Part shown: one piece after another, positions 38,937 to 48,019 of the stretch | How positions within the stretch are numbered: the first letter of the stretch is position 1 | Layout: every line of letters starts with the position of its first letter | NCBI GenBank assembly: GCA_016935335.1 | Contig: JAFGRE010000058.1 | Location: 1 to 58,673, forward strand | Length of the DNA: 58,673 nucleotides | Direction: 5' to 3' | DNA from: Deltaproteobacteria bacterium | Lineage (GTDB): Bacteria > Desulfobacterota > WTBG01 > JAGOGO01 | The notes under the pieces: generated by a model | The model's database searches: none | The model's input: only the letters and a program-made list of their open reading frames with translations | Told to the model about the DNA's origin: nothing | Position numbers and translations under genes: made by a program

Positions 38937-39827
38937 GTGACTGCGAAAATTATCAGCGGAGCCGAGATCGCGCGGGAGATACGAGAGGAATTAAAGAGGG
39001 AGGTTGCGATTCTTGGGGAGAAGCATGGAGTCGTTCCTGGACTGGTTACCATCCTGGTGGGCGAGAACCCCGCATCGGTTAGTTATGTAACGGCTAAACA
39101 ACAAGCTGCAAAGGCGCTGGGATTTTACTCTCTTCAGGTTAATGAGCCGGAAACGATTTCCGAAGAGAATCTTGAGGAACTGGTCAATACGTATAACAGA
39201 AATTCGCTGATCCACGGAATTCTGGTGCAGTTGCCTCTTCCGTCCCATATCAACGAGAGCGCGGTTCTGCATGCCGTTGACCCTCGGAAGGATGTAGACG
39301 GATTTCATCCAGTCAACGTGGGAAAACTGATGATCGGCGAGGCTGATTTTATTCCCTGCACTCCGGCCGGTATTCAGCAGCTACTGCTACGGACCGGTAT
39401 TGAGACTGATGGGGCTGAGGTTGTGGTGGTGGGGCGAAGCAATATAGTGGGAAAGCCGATAGCCAATATTCTTCTCCAAAAGGGGAAAGGGGCGAATGCA
39501 ACGGTTACGGTATGCCATACCCGGACTAGAAATCTTGCGGAACATACGAAGCGAGCGGATATCCTGATCGTTGCCGCCGGTAAACCGAAGGCGATTACCG
39601 CCGACATGGTAAGAGAGGGAGCCGTTGTCATTGATGTCGGAGTAAACCGGATCGGAGTGAGTGAATCAGGTAAGGCAAAGCTTTGCGGAGATGTCGATTT
39701 TGAGAGAGTGAAAGAAAAAGCAGGAGCTATAACGCCGGTGCCTGGCGGTGTCGGTCCTATGACAATAACTATGTTGATGATGAATACAGTCAAGGCGGCA
39801 AAGATAGCTGCCGGGATAAAACCTTGA
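38937..39827 (+). CDS. folD: bifunctional methylene-THF dehydrogenase / methenyl-THF cyclohydrolase
   Basis: 'PGLVTILVGENPASVSYV', 'ILVQLPLP', 'DVDGFHPVNVG', 'VVVGRSNIVGKP', 'TPVPGGVGPMT'. GTG start with AGGAGG RBS. Confidence 0.95.
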   Translation: MTAKIISGAEIAREIREELKREVAILGEKHGVVPGLVTILVGENPASVSYVTAKQQAAKALGFYSLQVNEPETISEENLEELVNTYNRNSLIHGILVQLPLPSHINESAVLHAVDPRKDVDGFHPVNVGKLMIGEADFIPCTPAGIQQLLLRTGIETDGAEVVVVGRSNIVGKPIANILLQKGKGANATVTVCHTRTRNLAEHTKRADILIVAAGKPKAITADMVREGAVVIDVGVNRIGVSESGKAKLCGDVDFERVKEKAGAITPVPGGVGPMTITMLMMNTVKAAKIAAGIKP

Positions 39828-39876
39828 CTTATGTGGAACGGAGATGTGAACGGGAGAATAACCAGGGAGGACTATC

Positions 39877-41412
39877 ATGACCTTTAAGATCCCGACCCAG
39901 GCGTATACTGGCACCATTCGACCCGTTACCTTAGAACGGGGAAAGCGGAGGGTAACAGTGGGCGGGGAGACGGCCTACCCGTTTTACGGTTTTGAAGGTG
40001 AGATGCCTAACGCTCCGAAGATTGCCATTCAGGTGCCTGATTTTAGGCCTGATGATTGGCCGGATGCTTGTTTGAAGCCGTATGAGGATGTATTAGGAGA
40101 TCCGGCGGCATGGGCGCGGAAGGCGCAGGATGAATATCACGCTGATCTCATCTTGTTGTGGTTGAAAAGTACCGATCCCAACGGCCTCGACCGAAGCGCC
40201 GAAGAAGCGGTAAAAACCGTTAAAGCGGTTTTGGACACTATCCGGATTCCCCTTATTGTCTGGGGAACGGATAGTGCCGAAAAAGATACCGAGGTATTGC
40301 GGGCGGTGGCTATGACCTGTGCGGGCACGCGAATTTGCCTGGGTCCGGTGCAGGAGGCCAATCACAAACAGATCGGCGCCCAGGCCCTGGCGTATAATCA
40401 TATCGTGGTGGCCACGTCTCCGATTGATGTCAACTTGGCAAAGCAGCTGAATATTTTACTCGGAAATTTAGGGATTGCTGCAGACAACCTTATGATTGAT
40501 CCCACTGTAGGAGGAATTGGATACGGAATCGAGTACACCTATTCGGTTATGGAGCGCATCCGACAGGCCGCACTGTCCCAGCAAGACGACAAGCTCGCGT
40601 ATCCGTTGCTTTGCAACCTGGCTGACGAGGTATGGAAGACAAAGGAGGCGAGAATATCTGATGATGCGATCATGGGACGGGCGGGAGAACGGGGTGTTCT
40701 TCTTGAAGCGATCACAGCAACCACTCTGCTGACGGCGGGAGCTGATATTCTTGTCATGCGTCATCCCAGGGCCATTCAGGTGGTCCGGAATTTTATCGCG
40801 GATATAACGGGGACGGCGAGGCCGGTCGAGATTGTGACAGCGGAAGAAGACTCGACACCTGAACCCGAAGCTGGAGTTGCGGTTGTCTCCGACCTGCCGC
40901 CGACCATGAAACTCGATATTGATATAGCCGCCATGATGGGTGGTCCGGTACTGGTGGGTCCGGAACATATGCTTGCGGTGGTCAGGATTACGCAGGCAGA
41001 GAAGGGTGGCATTACGATTTCACCTCAAGCAGTGGAGATGTTCGGATCATTTCTGGAGGCCAAAGAGGAGGCTCGGAAACCGGTGGAGAAAGAAGAAGCG
41101 GCTTCCTCTTCGGAAAAACGCGAGCAGAAGGGTAAAAGAGAAGAAGATCAAGAACCTATTGAGAAAACATGGGAAGTTCCTGATGATACAGTAGGGGAGT
41201 TGTCAGTTACCTTTGAGGCGAAAAAGGATTTTTCCGGAAATGAGGTCAGGGTGGTGGGTGCCGGCTACGAGGCCGGTAAGCCCGCTGAGAAGGTGGATTG
41301 GAGGAGGAACTTTAAGAACAAGGATGAGATGGTGCAGTACCTCAAGACCGGATTGCGGTACTGGTATTCCACGCAGGGCTACGGGAGCGAAAAACGGAAA
41401 AAGCCCGCCTGA
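39877..41412 (+). CDS. acsD: corrinoid Fe-S protein small subunit, archaeal CdhD-like (delta), with a long C-terminal extension
   Basis: 'VTVGGETAYPFYGFEG...PKIAIQVPD', 'DPAAWARKAQDEYHADLILLWL', 'IDVNLAKQLNILL', 'IDPTVGGIGYGIEYTYSVMERIR', 'GADILVMRHP'. Then about 200 extra residues including a K/E-rich tract. Confidence 0.85.
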   Translation: MTFKIPTQAYTGTIRPVTLERGKRRVTVGGETAYPFYGFEGEMPNAPKIAIQVPDFRPDDWPDACLKPYEDVLGDPAAWARKAQDEYHADLILLWLKSTDPNGLDRSAEEAVKTVKAVLDTIRIPLIVWGTDSAEKDTEVLRAVAMTCAGTRICLGPVQEANHKQIGAQALAYNHIVVATSPIDVNLAKQLNILLGNLGIAADNLMIDPTVGGIGYGIEYTYSVMERIRQAALSQQDDKLAYPLLCNLADEVWKTKEARISDDAIMGRAGERGVLLEAITATTLLTAGADILVMRHPRAIQVVRNFIADITGTARPVEIVTAEEDSTPEPEAGVAVVSDLPPTMKLDIDIAAMMGGPVLVGPEHMLAVVRITQAEKGGITISPQAVEMFGSFLEAKEEARKPVEKEEAASSSEKREQKGKREEDQEPIEKTWEVPDDTVGELSVTFEAKKDFSGNEVRVVGAGYEAGKPAEKVDWRRNFKNKDEMVQYLKTGLRYWYSTQGYGSEKRKKPA

Positions 41413-41498
41413 GGGAAGTGCTCCGGCGGACAAGGACGATCCTGGTGAAAAGAAATCAGGACCACCGGAAGTCGGGGACAGACCGAGGAGGTAGAATT

Positions 41499-43703
41499 TT
41501 GTCAAAAGTAATAGCGTCAGCCGCTATCCGTGGCGCTCACAAAATCGTTACCAGAGTTGAAAAGAAGTACAAGGAAGTGCTGGAGGCTTATGGTCCCGAT
41601 CAAGAGATCGGGTTTCCGAATACGGCCTACTACCTTCCTGTGATTTACGGGATTCTCGGAATACCGGTCAGAACGTTGGGAGATTGCCAGACGGTGCTGC
41701 GCCGATGCCGGGATATTTTGCCGCCGCCGGTGAATGAGAAAGCTCATCTGCCGTTCCTGGCGCCGGCCCTTGATGCGGGTATGGCGACGCTGTGGGCGGA
41801 AGAAGTGGAGGAAGCGATCCGCTACCTGACTGATCCGGATTTTTATCTTCGAGGGGAGGAGGTTGGCGATTCCACCATCTGGCTGGGGGCAGCAGACGAC
41901 GTCATTTTGCGAAAGCGGGGGGTGGAATTCGTGGATGGAACTGCGCCGGGTTTTGCGGCTATCCTCGGAGGGGCGCCGAGCGAAGATATTGCCGGCCGGA
42001 TTGCCCAGGAGTTGCAGTTGAAGAACCTTTACGTGTTTATGGCGGGCGCGAATAACGATGTGCGAATGTCCGAGCAATTGATCAGGGCGAAAGTCCAAAT
42101 CGGTTGGCCGACGCGGTTAGTCTCCTACGGACCGGATACATCAGCAGTGGTGTTTGCCCTAGGCTTTGCCACGAGGGTGGCGATGTCCTTCGGCGGAGCC
42201 GAGGCCGGTGATTACCGAAAAGTTCTCATATATAATAAGGATCGGGTTTTTGCATTCATACTGGCGTTGGGGTTTGTGTCCGACGAGTGGTACGCTAATG
42301 CCGCCGGCGCTCTCAACTGGGGATTCCCGACGATTGCCGATACGCCGATCCCCGAGGTTCTTCCCACCGGCATTTGCACTTACGAACACGTGGTGGCTAA
42401 TGTACCCCACCACGAGATGGTCCAGAAAGCGATTGAAGTGCGGGGGCTTAAGATCTCCGTCACGGAGGTGCCGGTTCCGGTGGCCTACGGAGCCGCGTTC
42501 GAAGGAGAGCGGGTGCGCGGTGCAGATATCTATTTGGAGTCTGGCGGGGGGCGCACGCAGATGGTGGAACTCTCGGAGATGAAGGCGATGAACGAAGTCG
42601 AGGACGGTATGGTGGAGGTTTTTGGCCCGGATATCGACGATGTTGAAGCGGGGAGCAGGCTCCCGCTGGGGATCCACATTTTGATTGCCGGCCGGCAGAT
42701 GCAGGAAGACTTCCTCCCTATTCTGGAAAGACAGATTCACCATCTAATCAATTACGCTCAGGGCCTGATGCACATCGGTCAACGTGATATTGCCTGGCTC
42801 CGGGTTTCCAAACAGGCGGTAGAAAAGGGCTTCACGCTGGCCGACCTCGGAAGGATTCTCCATGCAATGTTTCATAAGGATTTCGGAGCGATTTTTGATA
42901 AAGTTCAGATTAGGATCTATACCGAGGAGGATACGGTAAAGGATCTGGTTGAAAAGGCGCGGGAGATATTTAGGCAGCGAGACGAGCGGATTGCCGGGAT
43001 GACCGATGAGAGTGAGGAGGTTTACTATTCCTGTACCCTCTGTCAATCCTTTGCGCCATCTCACGTCTGTGTAGTGACTCCCGAACGGACCGGGCTTTGT
43101 GGAGCCTATAACTGGCTTGACTGCAAGGCGTCGTACGAGATCAACCCCACCGGCCCGAACCAGCCTATTCAGAAGGGTGAGGTACTGGATGAAGGTCGGG
43201 GACAATGGGGAGGGGTCAATGACTTCGTACATACAGCCTCGCGACATAAGGTTAAGGAGGTCAGTGCCTACAGCATTATGGATAATCCCATGACCTCCTG
43301 CGGGTGCTTTGAGTGTATCGCGGCAGTGCTGGACAAGTGCAACGGAATTATGACCGTTGATCGTGACAGCATGATGGATACTCCGTGCGGGATGAGGTTC
43401 ACGGCTCTAGCGGGGCAGATCGGCGGCGGGCATGTAACTCCGGGATTTTTGGGGCACAGTAAACACTACATCACCTCCCGAAAATTCATCCGGGCTGAGG
43501 GGGGCATTAGGCGGCTGGTGTGGATGCCGAAGGTTTTGAAGGAAGCCCTGCGTGATAAAATAAATGAGCGGGCCAAGGAGGAGGGAATCGATAATTTTGC
43601 CGACCTGGTTGCCGATGAAACCGTGGGAACAACCCAGGAAGAAATTCTCCCCTGGCTTAAAGACAAAGGGCATCCGGCTTTGGATATGGATGCCATCATG
43701 TAG
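41499..43703 (+). CDS. acsB: acetyl-CoA synthase catalytic subunit (bacterial AcsB type, about 734 aa)
   Basis: 'AIRGAHKIV', 'FPNTAYYLPVIYG', A-cluster region 'CTLCQSFAPSHVCVVTPER.GLCGA' and 'MTSCGCFEC'. I place the start at TTG 41499, 7 nt after GAGGAGG (track start 41418). Confidence 0.9.
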   Translation: MSKVIASAAIRGAHKIVTRVEKKYKEVLEAYGPDQEIGFPNTAYYLPVIYGILGIPVRTLGDCQTVLRRCRDILPPPVNEKAHLPFLAPALDAGMATLWAEEVEEAIRYLTDPDFYLRGEEVGDSTIWLGAADDVILRKRGVEFVDGTAPGFAAILGGAPSEDIAGRIAQELQLKNLYVFMAGANNDVRMSEQLIRAKVQIGWPTRLVSYGPDTSAVVFALGFATRVAMSFGGAEAGDYRKVLIYNKDRVFAFILALGFVSDEWYANAAGALNWGFPTIADTPIPEVLPTGICTYEHVVANVPHHEMVQKAIEVRGLKISVTEVPVPVAYGAAFEGERVRGADIYLESGGGRTQMVELSEMKAMNEVEDGMVEVFGPDIDDVEAGSRLPLGIHILIAGRQMQEDFLPILERQIHHLINYAQGLMHIGQRDIAWLRVSKQAVEKGFTLADLGRILHAMFHKDFGAIFDKVQIRIYTEEDTVKDLVEKAREIFRQRDERIAGMTDESEEVYYSCTLCQSFAPSHVCVVTPERTGLCGAYNWLDCKASYEINPTGPNQPIQKGEVLDEGRGQWGGVNDFVHTASRHKVKEVSAYSIMDNPMTSCGCFECIAAVLDKCNGIMTVDRDSMMDTPCGMRFTALAGQIGGGHVTPGFLGHSKHYITSRKFIRAEGGIRRLVWMPKVLKEALRDKINERAKEEGIDNFADLVADETVGTTQEEILPWLKDKGHPALDMDAIM

Positions 43704-43760
43704 GGGCAAAAACACGTTTACAACCATTCTTAACCACCTGGAGTATACAAGGAGAACCCC

Positions 43761-45104
43761 ATGGGTTTAACGGGAATACAGATATTCAAGCTTCTTCCAA
43801 AGACCAATTGCGGGGAATGTGGATCCCCGACGTGTCTGGCGTTTGCTATGAAACTATCAGCCGGTCAGGTCGAACTGGAACTCTGCCCCTATGTTTCGGA
43901 GGAATCAAAGGCAAAGCTGGTGGAGGCGTCGGCCCCTCCCATTCGTTTGGTAACCATTGGAACGGGTGATGATGTTTTTAAATGCGGTGGGGAGACCGTT
44001 CAGTACCGGCATGAGAAGACGTTTGTTAACCCAACGGGCATCGGGGTTCTTATTACTGATACCATGAGCGATGAGGAAGTCGATGGACGGGTGCGGCGAT
44101 TAAAAGAGCTTGAATATGAGCGCGTGGGAATGGTGCTCAAGGCTGATCTGGTGGTGGTTAAGGATGCGAGCGGGGATGAGGAAGCCTTCGTGAAGGTGAT
44201 TGGTAAGGTTAAATCCTCCGGAGCGAGAAAGATAATCCTCATGAGCGAAGAGGTAAGCAGGATCCGGGCGGGACTGAAAGTGGTGGGGGATCTGCGACCC
44301 CTTCTTTATGCGGCAACGAAGACGAATCTGGCGGAGATGGCGAATCTGGCCAAGGAACATGACGTGCCGCTGGCGGTAAAAGGAGACGGCCTGGATGAGG
44401 TTGCGGAACTAACGACTGTGCTTACCGAGAAAGGGATTAAAGACTTGGTGATCGACTCTGGAAGCCGCATTCTTCCGAGCGTTTTTACCGATCAAGTCGG
44501 GATTCGACGAGCGGCTCTGGTGGGCGGTTTGAGAGCGTTAGGGTTTCCGACGATTACGTTTCCCTGTGAAATGACTCAAGACCCTGTGGAAGAGGGCGTG
44601 ATTGCCTCCACCATGATTCTTAAATACGCCGGGATTGCGGTGCTTTCCGACATCCAGGGAGAAGTTCTTTTTCCCCTTCTGGTTCAGCGGATGAACATAT
44701 TTACCGATCCGCAGCGGCCCATGGCCACCTCCGAAGGTATTTATGAAATCAACAATCCCGATGAGAATTCTCCGATCCTTATCACCACGAACTTCTCCCT
44801 TACCTATTTTATTGTGGCCGGTGAGATCGAGACCAGTCAGGTTCCTTCATGGCTGCTCATTAAGGATACCGACGGTCTCTCGGTTTTGACGGCGTGGGCG
44901 GCGGGAAAATTCTCTGCCGACGGAATCGCGGCATTCATTAAGCAAAGCGGCATCCACGACAAGGTGACGCACCGGAAGCTGATCATCCCTGGCTATGTTG
45001 CCGTCTTGAGCGGAGACCTCGAGGAAGAACTCCCGGAATGGCAGATAGAGATCGGTCCGAAGGAAGCTTCCCATTTACCGGCCTACTTGAGAAATCGCGG
45101 CTAG
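43761..45104 (+). CDS. acsC: corrinoid Fe-S protein large subunit
   Basis: N-terminal [4Fe-4S] motif 'LPKTNCGECGSPTCLAFAMKL...CPY'; 447 aa. Confidence 0.9.
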   Translation: MGLTGIQIFKLLPKTNCGECGSPTCLAFAMKLSAGQVELELCPYVSEESKAKLVEASAPPIRLVTIGTGDDVFKCGGETVQYRHEKTFVNPTGIGVLITDTMSDEEVDGRVRRLKELEYERVGMVLKADLVVVKDASGDEEAFVKVIGKVKSSGARKIILMSEEVSRIRAGLKVVGDLRPLLYAATKTNLAEMANLAKEHDVPLAVKGDGLDEVAELTTVLTEKGIKDLVIDSGSRILPSVFTDQVGIRRAALVGGLRALGFPTITFPCEMTQDPVEEGVIASTMILKYAGIAVLSDIQGEVLFPLLVQRMNIFTDPQRPMATSEGIYEINNPDENSPILITTNFSLTYFIVAGEIETSQVPSWLLIKDTDGLSVLTAWAAGKFSADGIAAFIKQSGIHDKVTHRKLIIPGYVAVLSGDLEEELPEWQIEIGPKEASHLPAYLRNRG

Positions 45105-45120
45105 TTTTGGCGAAGAGGTA

Positions 45121-46020
45121 TTGAAGGTGAGAATCCAGCGCATTGGCGAGAGCATCAACGTGATGACCAAAACCCTGGGCCGGGCCATGAGGGATCGCGA
45201 CCCGAAGCCGATTCAGGAAATGGCTTGTAAGCAGCAGGAAAAGGGTGTTGATGGGTTGGATATCAATATCGGCCCGGCTCGAAAAGAGGGCGAGAGCGTG
45301 ATGGAGTGGATGGTGAAGACCGTTGAGGAAGTATCGGCGCTTCCTCTTTCGTTGGATACCACTAATCCGGCTGCCATGGAAGCTGGGCTCAAGGCAGTGA
45401 CCAGGGGGCGGCCGATTGTGAACTCCGTCTGGCTGCAACCTGAGAAGGGGGAGCGACTGCTTTCGATGGTTGCCAAATACAATGCGCAGATGGTAGGTCT
45501 TTTGTGGGGTTCACAGGGCATGCCCCGTGATACTGATGAGCGGGCCTTGCGAGCTGTTGAGCTGGTGCAGGCGGCCAATGAAGCGGGGATCGCAAATGCG
45601 GATATATATATAGACCCGATTGTTATCCCGGTCTCAGTTGAAATTAATCAGGTAGTGTCATCGCTTGAATTCATGAGTCTGTCGGTGGACATTGTCCCGG
45701 GAACTAAGTCGATAGTTGGTCTTTCCAACGTTTCCAACGGCACTCCCCGGCATCTGAGGGGTATTCTGAATCGCACGTACCTTATTATGCTCAATAAGTA
45801 TGCGACGTTGCATTCGGCAATTGTGGACGCCTTTGATGAAGAGCTGACGCGTGTAGCTACCACTGGTGATATGCAGTCAATCTGCGATCTAGTGTGGGGC
45901 ATTATGGACGGAGAAGAGCCTGATTACGCCGCGCTGGATGAGAAACAGGTTCAGTACGCGAAAACGGCCCGAGTGCTCATGGGCAAAGTTCTTTACGCCG
46001 ATTCGTGGCTGGACGTATAG
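45121..46020 (+). CDS. acsE: methyl-THF:corrinoid Fe-S protein methyltransferase (pterin-binding domain)
   Basis: 'IGESIN...RD..PIQEMACKQQEKGVDGLDINIGP', 'LSLDTTN', 'NSV', 'IDP'. TTG 45121 or GTG 45127 are both possible starts after AAGAGG. Confidence 0.85.
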   Translation: MKVRIQRIGESINVMTKTLGRAMRDRDPKPIQEMACKQQEKGVDGLDINIGPARKEGESVMEWMVKTVEEVSALPLSLDTTNPAAMEAGLKAVTRGRPIVNSVWLQPEKGERLLSMVAKYNAQMVGLLWGSQGMPRDTDERALRAVELVQAANEAGIANADIYIDPIVIPVSVEINQVVSSLEFMSLSVDIVPGTKSIVGLSNVSNGTPRHLRGILNRTYLIMLNKYATLHSAIVDAFDEELTRVATTGDMQSICDLVWGIMDGEEPDYAALDEKQVQYAKTARVLMGKVLYADSWLDV

Positions 46021-46114
46021 CTTTCTCTCCTAACCTCGGAGCAAGGAACGAGTCTCGATGGTTATGCTTGTTGGGGGGTATGCCGTCAGTAACTGCACAT
46101 AACGAGGGAGAGGA

Positions 46115-48019
46115 ATGCTTAACCTAATGTGGATCGCTCTCCTTTTCCCTTTCCTGAGCGCCATCACAAACGGGTTTTACGGCAACCGGTATTCCCGCCA
46201 GGTGGTGGGACTCATAGCGTGCCTAGGAGGGTTTGGGCCGCTTATGGTTTCCTGCCGAGGCTGGTGGGATCTGGTTCACGCGGCGCCGGTTGATGAGTGG
46301 GCACGGGAAGCTGTCTTGTGGCAGTGGGTGCCGTGCGACACCATCAGTATAGATATCGGCTTCTTGGTTGATCCCCTCACCCTGGTGCTGCTCCTTCTGG
46401 TGAGCAGCATCGCCTTTCTTGTCCAAGTCTATTCGCTGCGATATATGGAGAGGGACGAAGGATTCCGCAGGTTCTGTGTGGAATTGAATCTTCTCATCTT
46501 CTTCATGCTTACCCTGATTCTGGCAAACAATTTTTTGCTGCTTTTCGTCGGCTGGCAAGGACTTGCTTTCTGTACGTATCTTCTCATCGGCTTTCGGCGT
46601 GGTGACCATGATGCGGCAGAGAGGAGTAAAACGGTTTTTATAGTGGGAAGAATTGCTGATTATGGTTTTCTGATTGCTCTCCTTTTGCTTGCGGTCATCT
46701 TCGGAAGCCTTGATTTTTCAAGTGTTCTTTCGGCAGCTCCGAAGTTACTTCCTGCCGATGGATTTGCGGTTACCACCATCACGTTGCTTCTTTTTCTGGG
46801 GGCGGCAGGTAAATCCGCGCAGATTCCGCTTCATATTTGGCTTACAGATACCCGGGACGCGCCGCTTCCGGCAGGTGCGCTGATCAATACCGTGACCACT
46901 GTGTCCGCGGGGGTGTATCTAGTGTTGCGGTTCAATGTCTTATACGGCATGGCTCCAATAACGCTCTGGGTGATGGCGGTAACAGGGGTAGTGACGGCAC
47001 TATATGCAGCCGCTATTGCCCTTACCCAGTTTGATATTCGGAAAGTGCTTGCCTATTCTAGCATGAGTCAGTTTGGGCTGATATTTCTAGCCTGTGGGAC
47101 AGGAGCATTTGCGGGCGGCCTCTATTACCTGGTAATCCATGCGTTTGCTAAAACACTTCTGTTTCTCGCTGCCGGCGGCCTTATGTACTCCCTGGAAGGA
47201 GAGGCGGATATGCGGAGAATGGGATGTAGCCGTGTTGATCTGCCCTGGACGCACCTGTGTTTTGTAATCGGGGTATTCGCGATTGCAGGAATAGGACCGT
47301 TCGGTGGTTTTCTGGGTTTGGAGCCGATCCTTTGGAAGGCGTATGGAAAGAACGTGTGGTTATGGGGTGGGGGGGTGGCAACACTATTCCTCACCGTGCT
47401 CTATATGCTGCGGGCTCTGTTTTTGATTTTTTATGGAGCATTGCGGCAGAGGGGAAGGGGGGGGCAATCGGTGAAGGAATCTCCGGTACTGATGATAGCA
47501 GTGTTGGCCGTACTTTCGGTGATCTCAATCGGGGTCGGTTGGATCGGAATTCCCGAAGCTTTGTGCGGTAAGGACCGGTTTTTGTGGTTTGTAGGCTCCG
47601 TGTTTATGGGGCCTCGTGATTTCGCCGGCGGAGGACCCCTCGCTACGGTTAACGTTGAAAGGTTTGCGGGGGATGCCTTGGTAAACACTGAATTGATCCT
47701 TGCCGGCATTATCATTGCTGTAATCGCGGTGGGCGTGGGAATGGCCGCTTTCTGCTATCTTTTAAGACCGAGTCTGCCCGGCGTGATAAGCAAGAGACTC
47801 GGATGCCTGTACCGAGTATTTGCTAACGAAGGGTACGGCACGATGATCTATCGTGAACTGTTTGTTGAACCGGTTCATCAGTGGTCGCGGTGGATGGCCC
47901 GCTTCATTGATGAGGGCGTGGTAGAAAAGAGTGTTGTGGGGATGGGGCGGCTTATTTATGCGCTCAGTGCGATAGGAAATCGAGCTAATTCGGGATCGAA
48001 AGAGGAAGATGATACTTGA
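46115..48019 (+). CDS. NuoL/MrpA-like antiporter-type membrane subunit (proton-conducting membrane transporter family)
   Basis: 634 aa, polytopic. 'LVDPLTLVLLLLVSSIAFLVQVYSLRYM', 'FVGWQGLAFCTYLLIGF', 'KSAQIPLHIWLTD...APLPAGALINTVTTVSAGVYL', 'AYSSMSQFG'. Confidence 0.8.
   Translation: MLNLMWIALLFPFLSAITNGFYGNRYSRQVVGLIACLGGFGPLMVSCRGWWDLVHAAPVDEWAREAVLWQWVPCDTISIDIGFLVDPLTLVLLLLVSSIAFLVQVYSLRYMERDEGFRRFCVELNLLIFFMLTLILANNFLLLFVGWQGLAFCTYLLIGFRRGDHDAAERSKTVFIVGRIADYGFLIALLLLAVIFGSLDFSSVLSAAPKLLPADGFAVTTITLLLFLGAAGKSAQIPLHIWLTDTRDAPLPAGALINTVTTVSAGVYLVLRFNVLYGMAPITLWVMAVTGVVTALYAAAIALTQFDIRKVLAYSSMSQFGLIFLACGTGAFAGGLYYLVIHAFAKTLLFLAAGGLMYSLEGEADMRRMGCSRVDLPWTHLCFVIGVFAIAGIGPFGGFLGLEPILWKAYGKNVWLWGGGVATLFLTVLYMLRALFLIFYGALRQRGRGGQSVKESPVLMIAVLAVLSVISIGVGWIGIPEALCGKDRFLWFVGSVFMGPRDFAGGGPLATVNVERFAGDALVNTELILAGIIIAVIAVGVGMAAFCYLLRPSLPGVISKRLGCLYRVFANEGYGTMIYRELFVEPVHQWSRWMARFIDEGVVEKSVVGMGRLIYALSAIGNRANSGSKEEDDT

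Noticed and set aside
41517-43247. Three 167-194-aa minus-strand ORFs inside acsB
   Set aside because: They are antisense shadows of a highly conserved gene with no independent signals.
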